From assembly GCA_019056805.1 (NCBI GenBank), contig DXJG01000004.1, positions 210,001 to 242,000 on the forward strand: a stretch of 32,000 bases of DNA, written 5' to 3'. This document shows positions 1 through 9,435 of the stretch, piece after piece; position 1 is the first letter of the stretch, and the number at the start of each line of letters is the position of its first letter. The DNA is from Candidatus Baldrarchaeota archaeon (lineage in GTDB: Archaea; Asgardarchaeota; Baldrarchaeia; Baldrarchaeales; DXJG01). The notes beneath the pieces were generated by a model. It was given only the letters and a program-made list of their open reading frames with translations, made no database searches and was not told the origin of the DNA. The position numbers and the translations under genes were made by a program.

Positions 1-10
1 TCTTAACCAT
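1..10 (-). CDS. 5' end of a gene running off the left edge (ATG GTT AAG...)
   Basis: ATG at 10..8 on the minus strand, preceded by a strong RBS (GGAGGAG, + strand ctcctcc around 18-24). Only three codons are visible. Confidence 0.4.
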
Positions 11-198
11 CTTAATACTCCTCCATCCACTATTACATCTAACCAATTTATACAACTTACTTAAAATATTATTCCCATTTCACAGAAGGTTTAATGATAC
101 CAATGATCCTATTATTTGATTCGAAAAATAAGTTTTAAGATTAATAAACAAATAAAATTAAGGGTCATGTGTTGATATAAAGATTAAAAATAGTTTGT

Positions 199-900
199 TT
201 AGCCTTCAAATGTTATATAGAAGTGACAAGCATCGTCTCCTCTTATAATCGTTGATGCAAGATTAACAACTACATCCTTTTCAGGTTTAAATTTACTAAA
301 AATATATGAAAAACTTAATTCGTGAATTTTACACGGAATTTCTTTGAGTTCTCCTTTTAAAGCATGGCTAATTTCCTGAAATATACAATTTCTTATGACA
401 ATAAATATTTCTTTTCCATCTAATTTTTTAAGTTCACAATACATGCCCATATCATTGAGCTCATCTCTAAGAACATTCCAGAATCTATCAGTTGCTAATA
501 CATCCTCACCATGTTTTCTCTTTAAACATTTAATTACGTCTTCGCCTAAAATATTTCCAACTTCCATAACCCAAGCATCTATTTCTTTATTACCATATTT
601 TCGAGCGAATGCTTTGATAAGAGCTTGTGTAAGTAAGGGATAGTTTCTTGGTGGGTATATAAACATGAAGGGTTTTCTAAGCTTGTAAACCGTTGCTGGT
701 CTACCTACACTTTCCTTTAAAAGACTTGTTTCAACATATCCATTTGACGAAAGTTCATCTAAAATATTTTTAATAGACGTATAGCTTAAACCTGTATTTT
801 GAGAAATTTCAAGGATTGTAGCTGAGGGGTTAACTGTTAGATATTCTAGGACCATTTGCATTCTCTTAAACTTATCACGTGGCTCCATAATTGTTCCCAT
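199..900 (-). CDS. SufR-like / ArsR-type winged-HTH regulator with a C-terminal Cys-containing (V4R-like) metal-binding domain
   Basis: N-terminal wHTH (ATILEISQNTGLSYTSIKNILDELSSNGYVE...VGRPATVYKL). C-terminal NCIF...IPCKIH...RGDDACHF cysteine pattern, typical of COG2345/SufR-like proteins. Lies near Fe-S assembly genes. Confidence 0.7.
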   Translation of the reverse strand: MGTIMEPRDKFKRMQMVLEYLTVNPSATILEISQNTGLSYTSIKNILDELSSNGYVETSLLKESVGRPATVYKLRKPFMFIYPPRNYPLLTQALIKAFARKYGNKEIDAWVMEVGNILGEDVIKCLKRKHGEDVLATDRFWNVLRDELNDMGMYCELKKLDGKEIFIVIRNCIFQEISHALKGELKEIPCKIHELSFSYIFSKFKPEKDVVVNLASTIIRGDDACHFYITFEG

Positions 901-1150
901 TTTAACTCACACATATAAACTTTAAATCATGATATTTAAGCATTTTCTCATCAATTTTAGAACAATGCAATGAAAACAACAAAAAACAAGTACATCTACT
1001 ACTAACAATATGAAATATATTCAAAATTAACTTCGATTTCCAGCAACTTTATTTTCAAATATAATGCGACAAATGAGCTTTTTTATAGTTTTATTTCGTT
1101 AAAAGCGATATATAAAGATATAATTTAAAGATAAGAGAGGAGGTATGCAT

Positions 1151-1582
1151 TTATGTAGCTAAGTATTTTTGAAGAGCATTTTCCAAAGGTCCTTGACCAA
1201 CTGCTCCTACAATTTTCTCCACTGGTTTCCCATTTTTGAATATAATAAACGTTGGAATACCCATGATATAATATCTCTGAGCAACATCTGGATTTTCATC
1301 AACATTCAACTTAGCAACAATAACTTTCCCAGCATATTTCTTTGCAAGAGCTTCCACAACAGGAGCCATCATACGACAAGGCGCACACCATTCAGCCCAA
1401 AAATCTACAAGCACTGGCAACTTTGCATTATTTATAACTTCATCGAAATTTTTTGAAGTCAGCTTTATAACTTTCCCTTCCGAGCCAAAATTTGGTTCTG
1501 ATTTCTCCTTAGTTGACATCATCAGTTCCCTAGCTTTTTTCGCCAGTATTTTTTCTAATTCCGGGTCTTTTTCTTCACTCAT
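1151..1582 (-). CDS. trxA: Thioredoxin with archaeal N-terminal extension
   Basis: VDFWAEWCAPCRMMAP active site, cis-Pro motif GIPT, KIVGA; RBS GGTGA upstream. Confidence 0.93.
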   Translation of the reverse strand: MSEEKDPELEKILAKKARELMMSTKEKSEPNFGSEGKVIKLTSKNFDEVINNAKLPVLVDFWAEWCAPCRMMAPVVEALAKKYAGKVIVAKLNVDENPDVAQRYYIMGIPTFIIFKNGKPVEKIVGAVGQGPLENALQKYLAT

Positions 1583-1698
1583 GATGTAATCACCTTCACT
1601 AAATTATGTATTTTTTGTACATTAAAAGCAAAATATTGATAAGGATATTCGTATATAAACTTATTGCTAATCAAAGCAAAGATTATGGGGAATAACAT

Positions 1699-2070
1699 AT
1701 GAGTAAAATTAGTACTTTTCTACCTTCCAAAAGTCCTCTTTGCATAAGAACAATAAATCTACAAAATATTCTAAGGTGTTGCTACGGATTAAGTGAGGTA
1801 GAGATCAACATTTTCATGTATCTTTTTAAGAGTGGTGAAAAAGATATCAAAGAATTATCTAAGAAGTTTAATAGAGATCCTAGCGTAATTTACAGGATGT
1901 TACAAAATCTTATAGAATGTGGGTTAGTAACTAAAAAACTCGCAAAATCTAAGATAGGAAGATCCTATTATGTTTATAACAGTATAACTCGTGAAGAACT
2001 AAAAAATTATCTTTCCGAGATAATTGAAAGATGGTATAAAACCGTTAAAAACTTCATTTCGACTCTATAA
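1699..2070 (+). CDS. TrmB-like HTH transcriptional regulator (COG3355-like)
   Basis: CCYGLSEVEINIF, HTH DIKELSKKFNRDPSVIYRMLQNLIECGLV, wing GRSYYVY. Confidence 0.75.
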   Translation: MSKISTFLPSKSPLCIRTINLQNILRCCYGLSEVEINIFMYLFKSGEKDIKELSKKFNRDPSVIYRMLQNLIECGLVTKKLAKSKIGRSYYVYNSITREELKNYLSEIIERWYKTVKNFISTL

Positions 2071-2089
2071 CCTGGAAAGGTGAATATGC

Positions 2090-2509
2090 ATGGATCCTGA
2101 AATAATTAAAGGATTTCTAAAAAGAAGTAATGTTTTCGCAGTTGTTGGAGTTTCCAGTAATCCTGAAAAATGGGGATACAAAGTTTACAAGAATCTGAAA
2201 GGGGCAGGATATAAAGTCTATCCAATAAACCCCAAGCTTGAAAAAATCAACGGTGACAAATGTTATCCTAATCTCCACCAATTACCAGAAAAACCAAGTG
2301 TGGTAGTAACAGTTGTTCCGCCTAAAATAACTGAGAAAATTGTAGAAGAAGCAGCTGAACTTGGAGTAAAAATGATTTGGATGCAGCCTGGAAGCGAAAA
2401 CGAGGAAATCATAAAGAAAAGTGAAAAACTAGGCCTTACAATAATGCATGGAGTCTGCATTCTGGAAACCACCATTCAACTACAGTTAAGAAGAGGTGAA
2501 TCAATGTGA
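2090..2509 (+). CDS. CoA-binding protein (YccU/COG1832-like)
   Basis: AVVGVSSNPEKWGYKVY, YPINPK, IWMQPG and GVCI motifs. Confidence 0.88.
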   Translation: MDPEIIKGFLKRSNVFAVVGVSSNPEKWGYKVYKNLKGAGYKVYPINPKLEKINGDKCYPNLHQLPEKPSVVVTVVPPKITEKIVEEAAELGVKMIWMQPGSENEEIIKKSEKLGLTIMHGVCILETTIQLQLRRGESM

Positions 2510-2949
2510 ATATGCTTGAAGAGACTTTTGAGAAGGGAATAACTATCAGTAAATATATTGAAAGCATAGAGGATCCTCTTCACCGTGAAGAGTTTAAAAC
2601 CAGATATGAGAACTACGAACCCCCAGATAATATTATAGAAGAAATTAGAAAAATAAATGAAAAAAGACTAATTGTATGCTTTTCAGGTTCGTGGTGTAAA
2701 GACTGCAAAATGTACGTTCCAATTTTAATAAAATTATTGAAAAAAGCCGATAATTTCAATTTATGCGCTGTAATTATAGACGTAAAGAAAAATATGGAAT
2801 TAGCTAAGAAATTTAATGTAATGCGTATACCAACTATAATTGTATTTGATGAAAAACATGTAGAACTAGGTAGAATTATTGAAAGTCCATCAAAATTTAA
2901 TACGCTTGAAGAAGAATTAATTCATGTACTTAAACGAGAATTTCCGTAA
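2506..2949 (+). CDS. Thioredoxin-family protein (WCKDC active site)
   Basis: SGSWCKDCK CxxC, RIPTIIVFD cis-Pro strand, ELGRIIE; 4-bp overlap with the upstream gene. Confidence 0.8.
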   Translation: MNMLEETFEKGITISKYIESIEDPLHREEFKTRYENYEPPDNIIEEIRKINEKRLIVCFSGSWCKDCKMYVPILIKLLKKADNFNLCAVIIDVKKNMELAKKFNVMRIPTIIVFDEKHVELGRIIESPSKFNTLEEELIHVLKREFP

Positions 2950-3065
2950 ACGTGTAAACTTCAATAAGGATTTAACGATAAAGAGATACAAAATAAAATA
3001 GCGTCGCTAAACTTAGATTTGCTAGGGTTTTTATTAAAACGAGCTGATAGAGCCTTTATTTTAGA

Positions 3066-4289
3066 TTACGTTAGTTCTTTTATTACTTTTTCAAGAGTAT
3101 CGCAGAAAATATCTATTTCCTCTTTCGTGTTATAAATGTATACCGAAGCTCTTGCAGAGGATGGTATTCCTAATTTCATGTGAAGTGGTTCTGCACAATG
3201 CACCCCTGATCTGATTGCTATATTTTCAAGCTCATCAAGATACATAGCTACTTCATGAGAATCTAAACCTTCAACTGTGAAAGCAACTACGCCTCCACGT
3301 TTTTCAACGTCTTCAGGTCCATAAACTGTGATCTTAGGAATCTCATGTAACCTTTCCAGCAAATATTTTGTTAGTTCCTTTTCGTGATTCCTAACCCACT
3401 CCATACCCAACTTTTCCAAGTATTCTACAGCAGCTCCAAAACCTATACCACCAGCGATATTAGGTGTTCCAGCTTCAAACTTCCAAGGCATAACATTCCA
3501 CTCACTCTTCTCCAAAGTAACCCTTCTAATCATATCTCCCCCGCCAAAAGTTGGACACATTTCCTCTCCTAACCCTTCCCTAATATATAAGGCACCTACG
3601 CCCGTTGGACCTAGCATTTTATGTGCTGAGAATGCTAAAAAATCGCATTTAATTTTTTTGACGTCTACAGGGAGATGTGGGACAGCTTGCGCTCCGTCAA
3701 TTAAAATGGGAATTTCATGTTCATGAGCGATTTTACATATTTCTTCGACTGGATTTATTGTGCCTAGCACATTTGAGACGTGTACGACAGCAATTAATTT
3801 TGTTTTTTCAGTTATTAAATCTTCTAATTGCTCTAAGTTGAGATACCATTTATCTTTTAAGTCCAAGAATTTTATTTTTACACCGAATCTATCTCTAATT
3901 AATTGCCATGGTACAATGTTACTGTGATGTTCCATGACTGTTGTTATAATTTCGTCTCCTGGCTTCCAATTTAATCCATAAGCTACGTAATTTATTGCTT
4001 CGGTAGTATTCTTTACGAAAACTATTTCTTCACGGTTTTTTGCACCAATGAACTTAGCAACTTTATCATGAGCTTCTTCATAAAGTTGAGATGCTTCTTG
4101 AGAAAGTGTATGGACTCCTCTATGAATATTTGCACAATGTTTTTCATAATAATTCACAACTGCTTCAATAACTTGAATTGGCTTTAGACTTGTGGCGGCG
4201 TTATCGAGGTATATGAAGGGTTTTCCATCATCTTCTCTTCTCCTCTTAAGAATTGGAAAATCTTCTCTTATCTTATTTATATCTGGCAT
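3066..4289 (-). CDS. sufS: Cysteine desulfurase, SufS (group II) type
   Basis: YLDNAATS, MEHHSN, DGAQ, SAHKMLGPTG (PLP Lys), RSGVHCA (catalytic Cys). Start moved to the ATG at 4289, which follows a GGAGGT RBS. Confidence 0.93.
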   Translation of the reverse strand: MPDINKIREDFPILKRRREDDGKPFIYLDNAATSLKPIQVIEAVVNYYEKHCANIHRGVHTLSQEASQLYEEAHDKVAKFIGAKNREEIVFVKNTTEAINYVAYGLNWKPGDEIITTVMEHHSNIVPWQLIRDRFGVKIKFLDLKDKWYLNLEQLEDLITEKTKLIAVVHVSNVLGTINPVEEICKIAHEHEIPILIDGAQAVPHLPVDVKKIKCDFLAFSAHKMLGPTGVGALYIREGLGEEMCPTFGGGDMIRRVTLEKSEWNVMPWKFEAGTPNIAGGIGFGAAVEYLEKLGMEWVRNHEKELTKYLLERLHEIPKITVYGPEDVEKRGGVVAFTVEGLDSHEVAMYLDELENIAIRSGVHCAEPLHMKLGIPSSARASVYIYNTKEEIDIFCDTLEKVIKELT

Positions 4290-5404
4290 TGAAATACCTC
4301 CACGCCTAAAATATTTAAAATTCTCAGACCAGCTAAACAAATTTCATTAGCATATTTGACTAATCTTAAGATAAAGCTTTTAAATTCACCAGACATATTA
4401 TTTATCCCTTTTTCTAACTCTTTTATCTTTTCTAATATTTTCCCAATTTTTTTAACGTTTTCATGAACATTACTGTCTGTAGAAATAGTTTGAGGAATGA
4501 GTTCATAAAGACTTTTAGTTTCTTGAAATATGCCTGAAAGACAATCTTTTGCATTGGTATTAAACCGTATTAATATGTCTAGATTTTGGTTAATTTCTTT
4601 TATCAAACTATTAATTATAAGAAGAACGTGTTTTAAGTTAAGGGTTATTCCGAGAGGTATAAATCCAAGAACAGCCTGTTTTATATCAGGTGTTTGTAAC
4701 ATAAAATCTAAAACAACAATATTTATCCTGTTAAGCTTCCTTTCAAAGTTTCCAACCTTTATTTCAGAAATTTTTGTTCCATTAATCCCATTTAAGATAT
4801 TCGAGAACACGGTGTCTAGCATCGGAAAAATATTTGTTAGATCAATTAAAGCGTTAGATAACATTATACCCGTGGGTAGATCTTCTAAATTAACATGATT
4901 CTTTTCACCATTTTTCTCTTGGCATTTATTACACAACCCAGCAGCGCAGCATATTGCTGGCTTTCCACACACTTCACATATAAAGCTGCCCCATATTAAT
5001 CTTAGAAAATCCTGAAACGATTTCAATGCATCTTCTTTATTTAAGGCTTCTCTAATCTTTATTTTTCCTTTCTTAAAAATAGAAACAGTCTTTCCTCTCC
5101 ATCTTATCTTACTGACACCTAGAGCAAGACTGCAACGAAATTCAGAAAATCTAATTTTATAGGCATTTAAAAGATCACAAAGAACATTAAAATCGATAAT
5201 TTGGTCAGAAACAGGTTTTATTAATTTTGTTAAATCACTTTCCAACATAACTTTCCCTACTTCTGCTGCACATGGTTGTACATATGCGAGGCCTTTCTCT
5301 TCCGAAATCTCTAGGTTGATTCCTACAGTCATGTTTTTCCGTAAAATACAGTGCTCTACGAATTTAGGGCAATGTATAACTTGCGTTGCTGAATGGATAG
5401 TCAT
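4277..5404 (-). CDS. Uncharacterised Cys-rich protein within the Fe-S operon
   Basis: Long ORF whose end overlaps the sufS start; CEVC-x5-CC-x4-CNKC cluster and a helical C-terminal half. The ATG at 5404 is preferred over the AT-rich extension to 5500. Confidence 0.75.
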   Translation of the reverse strand: MTIHSATQVIHCPKFVEHCILRKNMTVGINLEISEEKGLAYVQPCAAEVGKVMLESDLTKLIKPVSDQIIDFNVLCDLLNAYKIRFSEFRCSLALGVSKIRWRGKTVSIFKKGKIKIREALNKEDALKSFQDFLRLIWGSFICEVCGKPAICCAAGLCNKCQEKNGEKNHVNLEDLPTGIMLSNALIDLTNIFPMLDTVFSNILNGINGTKISEIKVGNFERKLNRINIVVLDFMLQTPDIKQAVLGFIPLGITLNLKHVLLIINSLIKEINQNLDILIRFNTNAKDCLSGIFQETKSLYELIPQTISTDSNVHENVKKIGKILEKIKELEKGINNMSGEFKSFILRLVKYANEICLAGLRILNILGVEVFQCQI

Positions 5405-5555
5405 CGTAGATAACCCTTCCTTTCGAACTTTTATGAAGTACTTGTAAGTGTAAATAACATTGTTATATTTTAAATATATTACCTTTAAACTGAGTTTCAA
5501 GACACATCAATTATATCCAAAATTAAGCTGTGCAAGTAAGATTATTACTCAAATG

Positions 5556-5957
5556 TTATTTTGGTTTAGCATAATTATTTTTTACTTTACTTTTTTCGTA
5601 TTCTTCTATCGCTTTATGTAATGCTTTTGCCGCTAATATTGCACAGTGCATTTTTATCGGCGGTAATCCTTCCAACTTCTCTGCAATATCTTTCATAGTT
5701 ACCTTTTTCGCTTCTTCAAGAGTTTTACCTTTAACCATTTCCGTTAAGATTGATCCAGTCGCAATATTTGCCGCACAACCAAAAGACAAAAACTTTATGT
5801 CTTCTATTCTTCCATCTCTGACTTTCAGATACATTCTAAGCATATCTCCACAAACAGGATTACCCTCTTCAACAACTACATCTGGATTCTCCATTTCTCC
5901 GATATTTTTAGGATTCATAAAGTATTCCAAAACTTTTTTTGAATATTTTATAGGCAT
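5556..5957 (-). CDS. iscU: Fe-S cluster scaffold IscU/NifU
   Basis: NPVCGD, FGCAA and LPPIKMHC: all three scaffold cysteines plus the LPPxK motif. Confidence 0.93.
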   Translation of the reverse strand: MPIKYSKKVLEYFMNPKNIGEMENPDVVVEEGNPVCGDMLRMYLKVRDGRIEDIKFLSFGCAANIATGSILTEMVKGKTLEEAKKVTMKDIAEKLEGLPPIKMHCAILAAKALHKAIEEYEKSKVKNNYAKPK

Positions 5958-5959
5958 TT

Positions 5960-7153
5960 TCAGCCACCACTTTTCTTGAGACTTTCAGGGGTAAGAGGAC
6001 TAATACTTCTCAATTTCTCGATAACTTTGGGAAGTACATCAAGCACGTAGTTAATTTCTTCCTCCGTATTGTATCTGCTGAGACTAAACATAATTGATCC
6101 ATGAGCAATTTCAGGTGGTACACCTATGGCAGTTAACACATGGCTAGGTTCTAATTTCCTTGAGGCGCATGCTGAGCCTGTTGATACACAAATACCGTAC
6201 ATATTTAAATGCAATGTTATAGATTCCCCCTCGATATATTTAAAGGAAAAGTTCACATTACTTGGACTTCTTTTATCTCCTCTAGGTCCGTGCAGTAAGA
6301 CTTCTGGAATGTTATCTTCTATTCCCTTGATAAGCTTGTCCCTTAAATTTCTCATATGAGATACGTATTTTTCAAAATTTGCAAAAGCTATTTCAGCAGC
6401 TTTGGCAAATCCAACTATTCCAGGAACATTTTCTGTTCCAGGTCTCAATCTTTGAACAGATATGTATCCTTTAAGTATCGGTTCTATTTTTGTTCCCTGT
6501 CTAATATATAGAGCTCCTACGCCCTTTGGTCCATGAATCTTATGTGAACTTAAGGTTAAAAGATCAATATTAAAATCTTGAACATCTATTGGAATCTTCG
6601 TGTAAGAGGATTGAGCATCAACATGAAAATAGATTTTCTGCTTTCTTTCCCTTAACAATTTGCCAACTTCTTTTATTGGTTCAATGGTTCCAATTTCATG
6701 ATTAACATGCATAACACTAACTAGTATTGTTTCATCAGTCAACAAATTTTCAAGCTGTTCCACGTTAATGAACCCTTCTTTATCAACTTCAAGATAATCT
6801 ATTTTGAATCCTTGTTTAGCGAGTTCTTCCGTTATTCTCATAATAGATGGATGCTCAATCTTTGTAGTAATTATATGGTTTCCTCGGCTTCTATTTGCAT
6901 AAGCAACTCCTCTAATGGCAAAATCGTTTGCTTCTGTCCCACATGAGGTGAATACTATTTCGTCAGGTTTTGCATTTATCGTTTCCGCTATTGTTTCAGC
7001 GCTTTGCTCAATTGCCTCATATGCTTGTTGCCCTAACATGTGTAGTGATGCTGGATGACCATAATACTCATTCATATAAGGTAACATAGCTTCTATTACT
7101 TCTTTCGCAACTATGGTTGTTCTTTCGTTATCAAGATACACCGTCCTCTTCAT
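5960..7153 (-). CDS. iscS: Cysteine desulfurase, IscS/NifS (group I) type, with an atypical substrate pocket
   Basis: FTSCGTEAND, EHPS, SSHKIHGPKG (PLP Lys), GTENVPG, STGSACAS (catalytic Cys); 2 bp from iscU. Confidence 0.88.
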   Translation of the reverse strand: MKRTVYLDNERTTIVAKEVIEAMLPYMNEYYGHPASLHMLGQQAYEAIEQSAETIAETINAKPDEIVFTSCGTEANDFAIRGVAYANRSRGNHIITTKIEHPSIMRITEELAKQGFKIDYLEVDKEGFINVEQLENLLTDETILVSVMHVNHEIGTIEPIKEVGKLLRERKQKIYFHVDAQSSYTKIPIDVQDFNIDLLTLSSHKIHGPKGVGALYIRQGTKIEPILKGYISVQRLRPGTENVPGIVGFAKAAEIAFANFEKYVSHMRNLRDKLIKGIEDNIPEVLLHGPRGDKRSPSNVNFSFKYIEGESITLHLNMYGICVSTGSACASRKLEPSHVLTAIGVPPEIAHGSIMFSLSRYNTEEEINYVLDVLPKVIEKLRSISPLTPESLKKSGG

Positions 7154-7170
7154 ATTTTATCCCTCGGGGA

Positions 7171-7202
7171 GTTATGAAAAAATCATAACATTGTTATATA
7201 AA
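7171..7202 (-). promoter_or_regulatory. TATA box and palindromic operator candidate for the iscS operon
   Basis: TTTATATA on the minus strand at 7202-7195. GTTATGA-N5-TCATAAC at 7171-7189 overlaps ATAACA-T-TGTTAT at 7185-7197, between the TATA box and the start codon. Confidence 0.5.
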
Positions 7203-7528
7203 TCTATCTACAACCACCCTCTCTAACTTTAAGAGATGACAATCGACAAGAAATCTATCTCCATAGTGACATTTAAAAATACCTACTTACTCTACATTTC
7301 CTCTCTCAAAAAAGACCCTTATAAAATATAAAATCTAATCGCCATTTCTAAAACATCTTGTCCTAACACGGAGCAAAAACATAATATTAAGTTTAGACAC
7401 TTATAATGATTTAATATGAAATGTAATGCAAAATTCTACACTGCTAGACAGGAAATAAATTTTTGTTAGGAAAGATACTATGAAACATATATGTATAGTT
7501 GCAAATTAGCTGTGTGGTGTCCTTTTTG

Positions 7529-8215
7529 GTGATTATTGAAAACTCAACACTAAGAGATAGAATCTCCATATTTAGAGACCGAGAACACGCCGGTTACATC
7601 CTTTCAAATTTTCTAAAAGAAAAATTAGATGAAAAGAAAGATTTAGTTGTTTTAGCAATACCAAGAGGAGGAATCCCAATAGGTTGCATCGTTGCTAAAG
7701 AGCTTAAAGCAGAATTTGACCTAGTAATTGTAAGGAAAATCCCAATACCATGGAACCCAGAAGCAGGATTTGGAGCTGTTACACCAGATGGAAATTTTCT
7801 TTTAGATGAAAACATAGTAAAATATCTTGGATTAAAACCAAACGAGATAGAGAAACTGGTTAAGAAGGTTTTAGATGAAATAAAAAGAAGAGAACAAATG
7901 TTTCTAGGAGATAGAAGAAAGGTGGACGTAACTAATAAAAATATTATTTTGGTGGATGATGGATTAGCTACTGGTTTTACTATGCTCGCCGCTGTGAAAT
8001 TTCTAGGGAATAAACCAAGAAAAATCATGATTGCGGTTCCTACAGCATCCCATAGGGCTATATCGTTGTTATCAAAGCATGTACATGCTATATATTGTTT
8101 AAACATCAGAAGTGAAGTGCCCTACTTTGCCGTAGCAGATGCATATGTACATTGGAGAGATCTAACAGATAGTGATGTAATCGAATACCTGAAAAAATAT
8201 AACTATACTATTTAA
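7529..8215 (+). CDS. Phosphoribosyltransferase (COG1926-like)
   Basis: FRDREHAG, VLAIPRGG, PRPP loop ILVDDGLATGFTM, IAVPT. GTG at 7529 is the likely start. Confidence 0.88.
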   Translation: MIIENSTLRDRISIFRDREHAGYILSNFLKEKLDEKKDLVVLAIPRGGIPIGCIVAKELKAEFDLVIVRKIPIPWNPEAGFGAVTPDGNFLLDENIVKYLGLKPNEIEKLVKKVLDEIKRREQMFLGDRRKVDVTNKNIILVDDGLATGFTMLAAVKFLGNKPRKIMIAVPTASHRAISLLSKHVHAIYCLNIRSEVPYFAVADAYVHWRDLTDSDVIEYLKKYNYTI

Positions 8216-8304
8216 TAAAAAAGAGATTTCAAAATTAAGAAAGTTCAATAAATTCAAATCACTTGGTTAGGAAATAAAACAGATGATTTTTGATTGTGAA
8301 GATT

Positions 8305-9249
8305 TTACTGTTTTGATTCTTGCTGATTTTCGCTAGGTTCTATGTGAATTGTCACGTCTTTTATCTGAGGTATTTCTTGCATTATCTTTTTTTCAACTTG
8401 ATGTGCAATTTTATGTGCCTCTTCTATATTTATATCAGGTGAAACCAGTACATGAAGTTCTACAAGGTATCTTCCACGTATTCTCCGTGATCTAATTTTA
8501 TGTACATCTCCAACACCTTCAACACCCATTGCTACATGTTGAATCTTTTCCGGTCTTAACGAGGAATAGTCTAAGAGCTCCTTACTCGCTTCACGAAGAA
8601 CATCAACACCAAACTTTAACAATACACCATTAATAACAAAGGCAAAAATAACATCAAAGACGTGAAGACCGCTTAAAGACAAAAATACGCCAAATATAAC
8701 TAGAGAGGTATTAAAAATATCCGTCGCAGTATGCTTTGCATCAGCTATCAAAAGATTACTACCAAGTTCTTTCCCCCGTTTATTCTCCCATATAGCGGTT
8801 ACTAAATTAATTAAAATTGTTACGATGAGAATGTAGATTAATTCTGGTGAAACGTTAGGTTGGAATCCTTTAATTAAACGTGTTACAGCTTCACGTACTA
8901 TTTCAAAACATGCAAAAAATATGAAAGAAGCAATGAAAACCATTGCAAAAGCTTCGTATTTTTCGTGACCATAAGGATGATCCATATCTCTTGGCTTCTC
9001 CATCATTTTAAAAGCCCATAGCCCAACAATATTAGAAACACTATCAAAAAAGGAATGTATAGCGTCTACAATTAAGGCAAGAGAAAGAGATATGAAACCA
9101 AAAATACCCTTAATTATAGCCACTGCTACATTACTTAAATACGTAAGCAAAAGTGTAGATTTTTCGCCCCTAAAATCATATTTCTCTTCAACTAACATTG
9201 TGAGCAGCTTCCAATCTAATTTGAAATATGATATTATAGTTATCTTCAT
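8305..9249 (-). CDS. Cation diffusion facilitator (FieF-like) transporter
   Basis: DAIHSFFD, HPYGHEKYE, DAKHTATD, C-terminal HKIRSR...VELHV...AHKIAH...TIHIEP. The start may be the ATG at 9198. Confidence 0.92.
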   Translation of the reverse strand: MKITIISYFKLDWKLLTMLVEEKYDFRGEKSTLLLTYLSNVAVAIIKGIFGFISLSLALIVDAIHSFFDSVSNIVGLWAFKMMEKPRDMDHPYGHEKYEAFAMVFIASFIFFACFEIVREAVTRLIKGFQPNVSPELIYILIVTILINLVTAIWENKRGKELGSNLLIADAKHTATDIFNTSLVIFGVFLSLSGLHVFDVIFAFVINGVLLKFGVDVLREASKELLDYSSLRPEKIQHVAMGVEGVGDVHKIRSRRIRGRYLVELHVLVSPDINIEEAHKIAHQVEKKIMQEIPQIKDVTIHIEPSENQQESKQ

Positions 9250-9435
9250 AAATTAACCGGTTCTGTTCATTAATTATTTGTTCATTAACCTCTTTAATTT
9301 CTATAATTAAAGATGAGTGATACCAGATAACTTAAACACAATCTTAAGCTAGTAATTATGTGATTTTTATGCAATACAAGTCATTTCCTGATTTAATAGC
9401 TTAGCAAGAATCTAAATGTAAAAAAGATAGACGAT

